From the human T2T-CHM13v2.0 reference genome, Homo sapiens: DNA of 64,000 bases. Shown in pieces: positions 1 to 11,870 of the stretch. The stretch lies in the NCBI RefSeq assembly GCF_009914755.1, contig NC_060925.1, one strand, 5' to 3'. Below the pieces are notes generated by a model. That model was not told the origin of the DNA. It saw only the letters and a list, made by a program, of their open reading frames with translations, and did no database searches. The first letter of the stretch is position 1, and every line of letters starts with the position of its first letter. The position numbers and the translations under genes were made by a program.

Positions 1-99
1 CTCAGTGACTTACACAACAAATGTGTATGTCTCAACTTATAGAAGATACCATTCAAAAGAATTTCAAAATTATTTTTGAAATTCAAAAGAATTAAAATC

Positions 100-338
100 A
101 CGAACTCAGAAAATTGTACAACAGTGTTCATAGCTCCATTATTTACGATAGCCAAAAGGTTGTGTCCATCAATAGACAAATAAATGAGCAAAATGTGATA
201 TATACAAACAATGTGATACTATTCTGCCTTCAAAAGGAATGAAACTCTGATATTTTCTGCCACATGGATGAACCCTGAAAATGAAGTGAAGTAAGTATAA
301 AGGCAAATATTGTATGATTCTACTCATTTGAGGTACCC
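100..338 (+). mobile_element. L1MB-type LINE 3' UTR fragment, interrupted by the provirus
   Basis: Typical old L1 3' UTR text (cagtgttcatagc...tgtccatcaatagac...catggatgaaccctgaaa...aggcaaatattgtatgattc...gaggtacc); continues at 3090. Confidence 0.75.
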
Positions 339-802
339 TGTTGGAGGCCAAAAGAGTGAGGGTCGTGATCAACTGAGTACCCCACTGGAGGCTGGGTGAG
401 TAAGCAGCAAAACTGCTTCTCATAAATGCAGAATGTTGGCAAACTGACAAACTGCGTTTGCCACACAGAGGTTATGCTGAGGGCGGTCACGCCCCAGGCA
501 CAAGTGTTTGTTATTATTAGGTACGTCTGAAAGTCTGATAGCAATGATGTGAACCTGTAATCAATCAAGTAGCTGACCAATCGTGACGTCCTCCTCCCTG
601 CTCTTTCTACCCAATAAATACGGAGGGCTGAGAAGCTCGGGCGGCTGCCTTTACTGACTAGAAGCTGGGATCTCTCTTCTTCCCCTAAGCGAGCCTTTCC
701 TTAAAACCATTTTCTTCTGTCTTTTGTTACTATTTCTACGTCCATTTCTTCATTCAGTCCTGTAATGATGGTCTCAAGTAGTAATTGTACAAGTCTGTCA
801 CA
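339..802 (+). mobile_element. 5' LTR, LTR3 family
   Basis: Begins TGTTGGAGGCC, ends ...GTCACA, homologous to 2619-3089, followed by the PBS. Confidence 0.85.
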
Positions 803-804
803 AG

Positions 805-822
805 TGGTGCCTGAACAGGGGC
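805..822 (+). promoter_or_regulatory. Primer binding site, tRNA-Lys type
   Basis: tggtgcctgaacaggggc compared with the canonical Lys3 PBS TGGCGCCCGAACAGGGAC, 2 nt after the LTR. Confidence 0.85.
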
Positions 823-1554
823 ATCTAGGAACAAGTATAGACCTGAAGAGGCCTGGAGGGATAAATAGATTAGCAGGGATAGAGAGAAAGAGTATAGGTA
901 GGGAAAGACAGGAACTTGCAGGAACTAACAGGGACCATGGGGACAGATAGGGATAGATAAAGACTAGCAGAGACCAGCAGAAACTTGCAGGGACAGACAG
1001 GGTCCTATAGAGACTTGAACGAGGAAGGTCTGCTGGAACAGAAGCTAAAACTAGCCAGACAAACGAGAAGCCCCATTACAAGTCTGCCAGCAGCAACATA
1101 AGGCTAGTGCTCTAAAAAGGTACTTGTCAGTGCCCCAGAGGTTTGAAGAACGGGAAGTTTTTGAATCAGGGTAGCATGGGGAAGAATTTGGTTATTTTTT
1201 TCTTTCATTTGGAGTTTGGTACATACCTTTTCTGTTATTTCAGGGCCGGAGAGACTATTTTGCCCCACTTAGAGCACCTATCAAAAGTGGTAAACGAGGG
1301 AGAATGAAAACTGGCTGGCAGCATCTTTTGTGGCTACAGAAATGCTCACTTTGACTATGGCTTATGAGGCTACAAATGTGGATTGGGAACGTGCAGTGGC
1401 ACCTTTGAGGTGTGCAGAAAGTTCAGGAGGTTTTCTTAGTTTTTCAAGATGTGGGAACTGAGCTTCACTACTTTATAATTTTGATTCAGGCAACGGATAA
1501 TTTTGGTAGTTGACGGATCTAAAAGGAGCCAAGGGTTGAGCCCTAGAGTGGAAA

Positions 1555-2550
1555 AGCTGTAAGTGTAGAGAATTGGACGTTGCAAAAGAGAATGCAGTCA
1601 GACCTCTGGGCAGAAGGGGTCTTAAAACAGTTCTCTTCTCAACAGAAAAAGTGCCAGGACTTTGCCCTCGTTGAAATAAGGGAAATCACTAGGCTAATCA
1701 ATGCTACTCTATATTTGACCAGAACGGCACTCCCCGTGGGGAAACCAGAAGCGGGCCTGGACCTGGGCACCTCGAACAAGGGGGCTTCCCCAGTCCAGGC
1801 CACAACTCCGTTTCAGGGGGGTTTCTGGAGGTGCTTTGACTCCCCCTCCTCACGCAGTAGGAAGCACAGGATTAGATCTCCCAAACGAACGGGTTTAGGG
1901 GAAAGCAACCGGCCTTGGGGGGGAAAGCAACCTGACGCACACTGGCGTTTGGGGACCTTTGCCAACAGGATAGGTGGGATTAATTTTAGGCAAAAGTCAT
2001 CTTAACTTGCGGGGCATTACTGAAGTCCCAGGAGTTCTTCGGCTTATGGAGAAATTCAGGTAGCGGTCATGTCCCAAGATCTCTGGGTTTTGAAGCAGGA
2101 GAACATATTGCGCAGCTGTTGCTCATCCCCTGTAAATTGTACCCTTCTCTACGTAAGAAGCGAGGAGGTCAGGCATTTGGAAGTACAGCTGGGAGAAAGC
2201 TATCACAACCCACAGCATCTAACAGACCCGCCTGTGTAAGTGCAAATGGAAGGTTTAAGGATTGCTTTTTTGCTACACTGTTGCACGAGAAGGATAAGCC
2301 TCAACTTGTTTTCTCTGTGCCTTCTGTTCATCAGAAAAAGCTGCTTTCACTATCAACGGAAAGTTTTACCCCGCAGCAATTAGGCCAAGAGGCAGAAGCT
2401 GCGCCGCAGCTTGTGGAGCGGAGGCCTCAGCAATGGCCTGGCTCCCGGCTGCAGCCCCAGAAAGCTTTTTGCTTTTGTAGAGTTACTAACGTGGGGACAG
2501 GACATGCCTGTGTCTTTACAGGAGATGAACCGTGTGGGTGCCCTCGGAAC
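1555..2550 (+). pseudogene. Degenerate betaretroviral gag(NC)-dUTPase-pro-RT-IN remnants
   Basis: Hand translation gives PGLCPR*NKGNH*ANQC (knuckle, ~1654); GSTGLDL, GLILGKS, GEIQV, IAQLLLIP and RGGQAFGST (dUTPase motifs, 1860-2187); KDCFF...FSVPS (RT, ~2257); LLTWG...GHACVF (IN C-terminus, ~2483). Stops and frameshifts are present. Confidence 0.8.
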
Positions 2551-2618
2551 CGAGGGCCGACCGCAGTCCCGCTGACCTCAACCCCCATAATACAGGGACA
2601 GACATAATTTAAAAAAGG

Positions 2619-3089
2619 GTTGGAGGCCGAAAGGGCGAGGGTCGCGATCGGCTCGGTTTACCACTGGAGGCCGGACGAGTAAGCAGCAAAACTGCTTCTC
2701 ACAAATGCAGAATGTTGGCAAACTGAGAGACTGCGTTTCCGCGCGGAGGTGGAGCGGAGGGCGTCACGCGCAGGCACGAGTGTGTCATTAGGTGCGTGGG
2801 AAAGTCCGATCGCAACCATGTGCACCTGCGATCAGTCACGCAGCTGATCAATCGTGCGTCCTCCTCCCTGCTCCTTCTACTCGATCCATGCGGAGGGCTG
2901 AGAAGCTGGGGCGGCTGCCCTTGCTCACTAGAAGCTGGGAGCTCTTCTTCCCCGAGCTTAGCCTTCGAACAGTGTTTTTCCCCCACTTCTACCTCCCTCC
3001 CTTCGCTCAGTCCTGTAATGAGCATCTCAAGCAGTAACAGTAACTGCGGTAGTGACCGTCTCAAGTAGCAATTGTACAGGTTTGCTACA
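2619..3089 (+). mobile_element. 3' LTR, LTR3 family, unusually CpG-rich
   Basis: Follows a shortened polypurine tract aaaaaagg, is collinear with 339-802 and ends ...GCTACA. Confidence 0.85.
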
Positions 3090-3236
3090 GTACCTAGAAG
3101 AGGAAAATCCACAGAAACAGAATACACCTTACCCCAGAGATGAGGAAAAGGAGAAAATAGAGTTAATGTTTAATGGGTACAGAAGATTTGTTTGGGATGA
3201 GGAAAAAGTCCTGGAGATGGATGGTGGTGATGGTTG
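3090..3236 (+). mobile_element. Continuation of the L1MB-type 3' UTR
   Basis: gtttaatgggtacagaag...gtttgggatgaggaaaaagtcctggagatggatggtggtgatggttg. Confidence 0.75.
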
Positions 3237-3711
3237 TATCAACCTAAAGGAAAAAACTTGAGGCAAAGTTAACACGTATATTTGGACCAAGATTGGGAAA
3301 TGCAATCTGAGGAGACAGATTCTAGTAGCCTTAAATAAATGCTCCAACTAACAGCAGTTATAATGGGGCCTCTAAGGGAAAAGAGAAGTTCTAAGCTGAC
3401 ATAAACTATTGATCAACTAGACATTGTTCTTTTGTAGCTATTGATCAGCTATACACTATTCTCTGTAGGGAACATGAAGATAATGGGTAAAGGTCATATT
3501 GTACAACTTGTAACATTTTAGGTAACTTATCAGCTAGTCTGGAAACTTCGGGGGAGCGGGGGGAAGTATAAAATTCCTTTAAACAACCCCAGGTGCGCAT
3601 GTGTGAGCAGGGCTGGGTAGGGAAGTTATTGAATTCTCATACTCGCGTCTCTGAGCCTAAGACGTTTTGTAAAGCTCACATTCTTCAGACTGCTCTGAAT
3701 CATTTTTCTCA
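3237..3711 (-). mobile_element. ERV1 solo LTR (MER65-like)
   Basis: Reverse complement starts TGAGAAAAATGATTCAGAGCAGTCTGAAG; the other end is aacctaaaggaaaaaacttgaggcaaag. Subfamily recalled. Confidence 0.5.
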
Positions 3712-6700
3712 GTTTCAAATATTTTCTAAGGTCAATTTTTGGGGAAGCTAAGGCAGGTCATATATGAAAGTAATTTAACAGTGGTTTTCTCAGATTGGAC
3801 CTCAATCCTGAACAAAGGGGAAAGACCCAAAGAATTTTCTAAACTACCAAAAAATTTAAAAATTTCAACCAACCGTACTAGGATTGAATCATCTCTTCTT
3901 GCTTATAGAAAATATTAGAGTACATAGTAATGTAGCCAGTTGTTGGAAAAAATGGTAAAAGTGGTAAGTTCAACCAGTTAAGATTTAAGTTGGGGTGTTT
4001 GTGTATTTTTGTGGTATTTTGTCAGCTTTCTAAAGGTGTAATTTGTTGGAGTTTCACTGAAGAGAATATTATACCTGTGCAATCATGATTTGTAGCCTGT
4101 TTTAAGATACCCCAGATTGCTTAAGCTTCAGCCTCAGAAAACCTGAATTCCAACCCCCACTAATTTAAACACCAGTGAGGTAAATATGAATTACATGAAA
4201 GCCAAGATCATGCAGGCATAGATTGCAGCACAACAAGACTGCAGGGTCTAAAATTCCCCCCCACCCTTCCCCGCTCCCCCCAGGAATCGTTGTGGGCCCT
4301 TTTGAGAATACTGGATGAGAAAAGGTCTGTCTTCTTGAAGTAACTCAAAGATCTTATATACACTGAGATCAGTAAAATGAATATTTTTAAATGCTTGCAA
4401 TGCTGAAAGTTTTATGTATTACAAGTTACAAGAAAGACAGGATGATTACATACTAATACTTGAGTGATGGGGAATGGCCCAAAATGTATCTTTTGCAAGA
4501 CAATACTTCCTTAGAAAAACATTGATTTCTATTTCAAGAGAGATGCCCGAAAGTTGGAAGTGTAAAAAGAGAAACTTTCAAAACAATGTCGTGAACAAAG
4601 TAAAAGAGAAAAAAGCAATTTAAGTTGCAGCTGCCAGCAACCTGACTTATCTTGGGTGTTTACTTTGTAAATTGAGAGGTTACATTTTTCTTAAGGAGTC
4701 TGTCACATTTTATATGAACTGTAATTGCAGGCTAGGGACAAGGACCCCAGAGACAGTGATGTCAATGTATCTCCTGAATGGGAGTACTAGCCATCACCAT
4801 GATGCAAGCTCTATTTGTCACTGGATCTCTATCTTAACAGCCTGCATAATGCAGCTGCTGTCAACTGACATTAGGCATTTACAGATTCAGGCTGTTCTAT
4901 TTCTCGATCTTCAAAGGATTCACCTATCACTGTATTTTAAAAAGTCTCAATAAGTTAGGGACTGACCCTTATCCTTCTGCCAACAAGATGTAATTCCCAC
5001 GCCTAATCCACTGTACCTTCTTGTTTGAATTCATACTCTCCCTGCCTGTACTCCCCTGTTTCAGTTCAGAAAACAAGTTTGAAATACAGAACATAGAATA
5101 CCTCCAGTTTAGAAAGTCTGATGTATGCCTCTTAGTTCCCCATACTTACTACATAAAAGGAAATGCTGAACAATTGCATGTACTACCTTAGTTCTGTAAG
5201 GTTTCTCTCTAAATATTCAGATCATCGTGTTTGGGGAAGATACTGTGTAAGGTAAGTTTGCAGTCTTGATGCTGATCAATCGCAGGATGCTTTAAATAGA
5301 TTCTGGACTTACTAGAAAGTTTTGGTTCAAACCAGAGAAATACTGGAGAATGTTGAAGTTTGATACATCTGATTTTGAACTGCAGATACTTGTGGATAGT
5401 ACTAATATACAAATCTTAGATAATTCAATCTCGTTTCTTAGTAGTTATGGACTCTTATCTTTTCTGTACATCAGAATGTAGCAGATTACTTGAATTCTAT
5501 GCAGATCTGTCTGCATAATGATTCCAACAGTTTTTATCATTGCAACATATATTCACCTATAATTTTAAAATCTTTATAAAGAGCTTATCTAAATCGTAGT
5601 ATTCCACCTTGTTAGGTACCTCATAAGCATCTCTAAAAATGGTTTAGTTAGGAAGACCCTCCATATCCTGCTCCGAGAAACCATTGCAGCATACTTAATA
5701 CTTAGAAGTTCCCAGAAGCTGAAAAGAATGTGAGTGGCTTGCCAGACGTCCAGAAGCTTATCAGTGATGAAGATAGAATATAAAGCCAGCTTTGATTAAA
5801 AACCATGTCATGTAGCATTGTGAACATTAAACATGCCAAGAATGTTTCAAGGGTTAGGAATAGACAGGGGAAGAACTCAGTTCAACTTCTGTAGAGACTG
5901 AAGGTGATCATGCCCTTGGTCTGCTTCAAGACAATCCCTCGGCCTTAATCAAAACTTCTCTATCGTTCTAAAGATTCCCCAAGTGATTTTACTTTAGTTG
6001 TGGAAGAAAAGCCATTTTCTAGAAGTGACACTTCATGTGAAAATACTGCTGGGGAGGAAACATAATGAATCTGATTGTACAGAGAATTAAATGTCTTATA
6101 GTCAGGGTCACCATTTAGCCCTGTTTTCTCAAGATATTCCCTTTCTTATGCCTGTTGTCCTCATGTCCTGTCTAGCTTAGCCTTTTAGCACTCAAACGTA
6201 TTCTGAGTTAGATGGTCACCAAGAATTGTGCCAATCTTTGATGCAGAGCAGGGTCTGACAGAACGACAACAAAAATGAAAAAGTAGAAAACTTGGCTACC
6301 TGCTGCTGGACCTGCTATTGAAGAGAAAAACATAATGGACAGCAAAGGGTGAGATTCCCAAAGCTAACTGTCGCTATCACAGTCTTAAGGTTAACCTGGC
6401 ACTCATTTTTAGTACTCGCTTTTTATACCAGAATTTGTACATGCAACAAGGGTGAAAACTAATTTTACCCATGACAGTGTTCCCACATTTCCAACAGTTC
6501 TCCTTGTTACTTAGGTCATTCCTGCTCATCATTCACACTTGAACTCCTGCTTATTTGAAGAACTCCAATTAGATAGAATTCACTGGCATGATCTTAAAGT
6601 ACAAATTTATCATGGTTGATCTCATAAACCAATGGTTGCATAGTTTTAATGTCTAGACCAAAGATTTTAAGTGCATAGAAAATTACATTAAAAATTTTAA

Positions 6701-7490
6701 ATTGTATATTAATCACATACCTCGATGGAAAATATTTTTTTTCAAAAATCCAGCACACAGAATGAAAATGTCTGAAATATTTCAAAACTTTTTGGCCTAA
6801 ACATCAAAGTTACAATTACATGTATGTAACTCGGGGGGCAAAATAGCTGCACTAAATTGAACAAAAGAATAGTCTATAGATTTTTATTTTTTATTAATAA
6901 TCTTGACAAATCACCTATATAGAAAAGGTCATGAAAAATCAAAATAGCCAAAATATACACTATGTTCAATTTTTTTCATAATCAAATCCATATTGTGAGT
7001 TTCGATACTAGTGCTAAATGCTGGGGCAAGCATGATGCTGCCGCAAGTGTGTTCTCTTACTGTTAAGCATTTAACAACTTGGTGATAAGCTTCTAAAGCA
7101 TAGTAAACCATTGTCCATGAATTATGCCAGAGAATTCACCTCATAATACTGCATATAAGCAAACTCAACAACGTGAATGTGAACCAAGCTGAGTGTCTCA
7201 TATTCAATCACAGCAATAGTCTCTATAAAGACTGGGAAAGATGTGCTAAATATTAAGTATACATAGAACTGGACGTTTACTAAGGTTTGGAATTATGCAT
7301 AGACAATTATTACATGGGGCATGGTATAATCCAGTTGATTCCTTTATTTTCCAAGTATACTTAAATGTTGCTATACTGGGTAATCCTTAAAATACAGTGA
7401 ATGAATCAACACTACCAGAGTTGGAAGATGGTTGTAAAATCTGAGTGGTTATGGAGCCACTCATATCTCCCCTTTCCCTTTGTGAAGTAA

Positions 7491-7520
7491 GCTGGGGAGA
7501 TCCCCAGAGTCTCATTAGCA
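7491..7520. promoter_or_regulatory. Candidate OR promoter/enhancer composite O/E(EBF) + homeodomain site
   Basis: tccccagagtctcattag; the reverse complement CTAATGAGACTCTGGGGA places TAATGA next to an EBF-like site, 2.3 kb upstream of the first OR. Confidence 0.45.
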
Positions 7521-8616
7521 AGTTTCAGGGCCAGGAGTATTCATGGTCAGGGTTCAGGACACAGCTGCCCTGATAAGGATATTTTTGGACCAATTTTTTC
7601 GTCTTGGGCTTTAATATTCCCAGTGGACCAATAGCAGTCACTGTGGCTGGTCCCCAGTAGGTAGCCACCATTCTCTGAATTTACTGTGAAATAACAAGCA
7701 CGGCCCTCCAAGGATCTTGTTCTTATTAAATTATGGACAACCAGGTCTGGGTGAGCATTCAGCACTCTCCATCATACGAATTGCTACTAAATGTTTGCCT
7801 TTAATTTTCCCACTGGCTTAACAGTTTTTAAAATAATAAAGATACATTATAAATCAGCTGATGGAAAGCCCTGGCATAAAGCTGGTAATATTTCAAGAAT
7901 GAGAACTGAAAAATGCATAAGGATATAATGTGGGTTTCATCAGTAAAAATCTGAATTTTCATCGTTTTCCATCCATCCACTGTGGCATGGTTGTGGTGGA
8001 ATGTACTGAGGGGCCCTGGTGTGAAGTTCCTGTCTACCAGCCAGTGGGCTGCAGCTTCCATCATTTTTATTGTCCTTTGTTCACATACCAAATAAGTCAA
8101 AACTGCTGAGGTCTTAAAACCATTCTGAAAGTGCACCTGTGGTCACACAACACACGTTCATGTGCCTCAATTCTAGGCTCGAAGACAGATGATGTCTTAC
8201 ATTCTTTCAGGGTCTTTCAGAATATCAAACTTTGGCTTACCCAATGTGCCTCTCGGGAAATATTTACGGAATGAATTGATGTCTACTTTGTCCTGTTGGA
8301 AAACAGCATAGAACAAATTATACTGTCACTGTTTAAAGAACAATGTTCCTCCTTGGGGAAGTTTCCTTAAGCCTCATTTTCAACTGTAGAATGGTCTAGT
8401 ATCTTACACAGTTGTTTGGAAATGTAAAATTTACGAATCAGTTATTAATGTTCTTACTGCTATTTGCAGGTGAATGCATATACAAGTAAAGCCATTTTTC
8501 TAATTTGGTACACACCTAAATTTTTTGGCTCAATTCTAATTTGTGGTGTTTAATTCTGGAGGACTTGTTTGGATGAAGGTAATTGGAGCTGTCATATTCC
8601 CAGGAATAACTCTAAC

Positions 8617-8901
8617 CAGTGCTGCCTAGTAGAAATCCTAGGGGAGCCACAGAGAATTCTAAATTTTCTAGTAACCACATTAAAAATGTAAAGAATAGGT
8701 GAAACTAATTTTAATCTATATTATCCAAATATATCTAAAAGTTACCATAATATAAAGTTTTAAGAAGACGTGTTGCATATATTTTTAACAGGTGTTTGAA
8801 TTGTTAACTTTGTGCTGATGGCACATCTTGATTTGGAGCAGTCGTGTTTCAGGGGCTCCACAGCTTCATAAGCCTCATGGCTACCACCCTGGATAGTGCA
8901 G
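8617..8901 (+). mobile_element. MER33 (hAT-Charlie MITE)
   Basis: cagtgctgcctagtagaaat...aaattttctagtaaccacattaaaaa...ggtgaaactaattttaat...tggctaccaccctggatagtgcag. Confidence 0.75.
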
Positions 8902-9804
8902 ATCTATATGATGCAGGGAGAAGCTATCCAAATAACTCATAAGTGGTCCTAAATTGTGGTAAAATATTTAACTGATATGGATACATATGCAGAATCTAAC
9001 TTCAAGTTTGAGAGATCCCTTCTTTTGGGATACACTAGCTCTAATACTTAAACTAGTTTATTTTTTCATAAGTTAAATGGGATTCTAACATTTTAACGAG
9101 TTGTATGTTAATAATCGGTAGTTTGCTGCTGCAAGAAGGAAAGCAAACACCACTTGACCCTCAACGTTTTCTCCCATGATTTTTCCTCCTATGAATTCTT
9201 GGATGACTTCTCAGAACTCAGCTCTTTTTATGCAACACAGGCTCATTCTGCAATACTCCACCTGATACATGTAAGTTGAGCACTCAAATTTTACAATGTA
9301 CAAGTGTGTCAAGAATGGTGTAAATTAGGTCAAATAATGCAGTTATTCTTCCATAGGCAAATATATACTCGTGGTGATCTTCAAACTGGATTCTAAGTGT
9401 GAGAACTAGAGTCTAGTATAAGGAGAGCAGTGTAGGATGTGGACAATCCTCCTTTCCTCCCCACCACCCTATCCTATTGAATCAGGCTGGTTCCATTCTT
9501 ATGTCTTATATGCATCCTCACCAATGTAAGGTGGTACTCGAAAGACAGAAATAAATGGTCATGAACAAAAAGATTTTTTGATCATGAACTCTAAATAGTA
9601 ATCACCAAATCAAGAAAATCGTTAAATGAACAATGATGGTATAATGAGATGTAGCACAATCCTGCTCAGGCAGTTCTCTCAGGGAAATTATGAGCTTCAA
9701 GAAATAAGATTTTGACCTTGGTTTCATGACTACATCATAATGTTTTATGTAAATCAGATACCTTTCCAACTTTATCATATCTCTTTCGTGTACCCTACAG
9801 AGCT

Positions 9805-10758
9805 ATGGAGCAGAGCAATTATTCCGTGTATGCCGACTTTATCCTTCTGGGTTTGTTCAGCAATGCCCGTTTCCCCTGGCTTCTCTTTGCCCTCATTCTC
9901 CTGGTCTTTGTGACCTCCATAGCCAGCAACGTGGTCATGATCATTCTCATCCACATAGACTCCCGCCTCCACACCCCCATGTACTTCCTGCTCAGCCAGC
10001 TCTCCCTCAGGGACATCCTGTATATTTCCACCATTGTGCCCAAAATGCTGGTCGACCAGGTGATGAGCCAGAGAGCCATTTCCTTTGCAGGATGCACTGC
10101 CCAACACTTCCTCTACTTGACCTTAGCAGGGGCTGAGTTCTTCCTCCTAGGACTCATGTCCTGTGATCGCTACGTAGCCATCTGCAACCCTCTGCACTAT
10201 CCTGACCTCATGAGCCGCAAGATCTGCTGGTTGATTGTGGCGGCAGCCTGGCTGGGAGGGTCTATCAATGGTTTCTTGCTCACCCCCGTCACCACGCAGT
10301 TCCCCTTCTGTGCCTCTCGGGAGATCAACCACTTCTTCTGCGAGGTGCCTGCCCTTCTGAAGCTCTCCTGCACGGACACATCAGCCTATGAGACAGCCAT
10401 GTATGTCTGCTGTATTATGATGCTCCTCATCCCTTTCTCTGTGATCTCGGGCTCTTACACAAGAATTCTCATTACTGTTTATAGGATGAGCGAGGCAGAG
10501 GGGAGGCGAAAGGCTGTGGCCACCTGCTCCTCACACATGGTGGTTGTCAGCCTCTTCTATGGGGCTGCCATGTACACATACGTGCTGCCTCATTCTTACC
10601 ACACCCCTGAGCAGGACAAAGCTGTATCTGCCTTCTACACCATCCTCACTCCCATGCTCAATCCACTCATTTACAGCCTTAGGAACAAGGATGTCACGGG
10701 GGCCCTACAGAAGGTTGTTGGGAGGTGTGTGTCCTCAGGAAAGGTAACCACTTTCTAA
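9805..10758 (+). CDS. OR2T7: Olfactory receptor family 2 subfamily T, OR2T7-like (close paralog OR2T27), 317 aa
   Basis: Intact ORF with N-glycosylation site NYS and motifs [44 protein letters not shown]; splice acceptor ...ccctacag ends at 9800. MSCDRY/HYPDL/GRRKA residues and gene order favour T7 over T27 (recalled). Confidence 0.9.
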   Translation: MEQSNYSVYADFILLGLFSNARFPWLLFALILLVFVTSIASNVVMIILIHIDSRLHTPMYFLLSQLSLRDILYISTIVPKMLVDQVMSQRAISFAGCTAQHFLYLTLAGAEFFLLGLMSCDRYVAICNPLHYPDLMSRKICWLIVAAAWLGGSINGFLLTPVTTQFPFCASREINHFFCEVPALLKLSCTDTSAYETAMYVCCIMMLLIPFSVISGSYTRILITVYRMSEAEGRRKAVATCSSHMVVVSLFYGAAMYTYVLPHSYHTPEQDKAVSAFYTILTPMLNPLIYSLRNKDVTGALQKVVGRCVSSGKVTTF

Positions 10759-11332
10759 ACAAATTGCATATGCTGCTAGAGACTTGAAATGAAGGATACA
10801 AGACTTTATCATTGCCCTTGAGTTTAAATATTCTCTGCCTGGAAACAAGTGACCCACATGCCACCAACTGTGGGGCATTTATGGGATTTGGAAAGCTGCC
10901 TGGGATTTTTAAGGATTTCATTTTTTTGAAAGGTATGAAGGCTCTGAACAATGAACAGTTTGGGCTGGGGTAGGCATAAAGCTGAGGTTTAGTAGTCACC
11001 CATGAGCTCTTAACAAGGTGTGTATTCCACTAAAAATCATGGAGTAGCCTGTTTCTGGCTCTGCTCAGTCATGGCAAAAACGGTCATCTTCAACTACTTC
11101 CCTGACTTCTCTCGACTTTTCCCCTTTAGACAGTCTGTCCATTGACCATTATAAAGAATCAACTCAAATATTATATTTCAAATATAGCAGTCACCATCTT
11201 ATCCTCAGGCTGTGTTCTAAGTCTTTTGGGGGAAGCCTGAAACGATAGTATAGAACTACAGAACCTGACTGCTGTCAGTCACAACATATTTGCTCATCTT
11301 CTACCATAAATGTAATACGTTTTCTTTCTTAC

Positions 11333-11480
11333 CTAAGCACTTATCACACACTGTGGCTGTAGGTTTTGCAGTTTGAGGTGTGACAGCAAAATTACCACAA
11401 ATGTGTTTTTCCTCCTACACAATTTCAAAGAAGATTCATTCTTACTGTAGATCTTGGCAATCTCAGCATATTTTTTTTTC
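11333..11480 (-). mobile_element. MER44/Tigger7 fragment
   Basis: Reverse complement matches the part of the element at ~16910-17030 (ctgagattgccaagatctacagtaagaa...ttttgctgtcacacctcaaactgcaaaa). Confidence 0.7.
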
Positions 11481-11521
11481 TTGCCAGAACCTCCAGTTAA
11501 GAACTTATTAGAATGTGTCTC

Positions 11522-11870
11522 TGATAATGGTTTGGCTGTTTCCCACCCAAATATCATCTTGAATTGTAGCTCCTATAATCCCCATGTGTAGTGGGAGGGG
11601 CCTGGTGGGAGTTAATTGAATCCTGGGGGTGGGTTTTTCCCATGCTGTTCTCATGATGAATAAGTCTCACGAGATCTGATGGTTTTACAAAGGGTGGTTC
11701 CCCTGCACATGAGTCTTGCCTGCTGCCATGTAAGACATGCCTTTGCTTCTCCTTCACCTTCCACCATTGGCTGTGAGGCCTCCCCAGCCATGTGGAACTG
11801 AGCCCATTTAACCTCTTCATAAATTACCCAGTCTTGGGTGTTTTATAGCAGTGTGAAAATGAATTAATAG
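11522..11870 (+). mobile_element. THE1 (MaLR) solo LTR, THE1B/C-like
   Basis: tgataatggtttggctg...aatcccc...gagatctgatggtttta...gaggcctccccagccatgtggaactg...ataaattacccagtct. Confidence 0.9.

Larger units (their letters stand above)
339..3089 (+). mobile_element. Internally deleted HERV-K(HML-6)/HERVK3 provirus (~2.75 kb)
   Basis: Two homologous LTRs, Lys-tRNA PBS, gag zinc knuckle, dUTPase, RT and IN remnants, and a 6-bp target site duplication gtaccc (333-338) / gtacct (3090-3095). Confidence 0.88.

Noticed and set aside
1580-2607. 141-aa and 162-aa ORFs as functional retroviral proteins
   Set aside because: Non-ATG starts, frameshifted fragments and missing catalytic cores.
9775-10379. 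Antisense ORFs over the OR genes (also 21472-21802 and 42152-42346) with similar peptides
   Set aside because: They are reverse-strand shadows of conserved OR codons, with no independent evidence.
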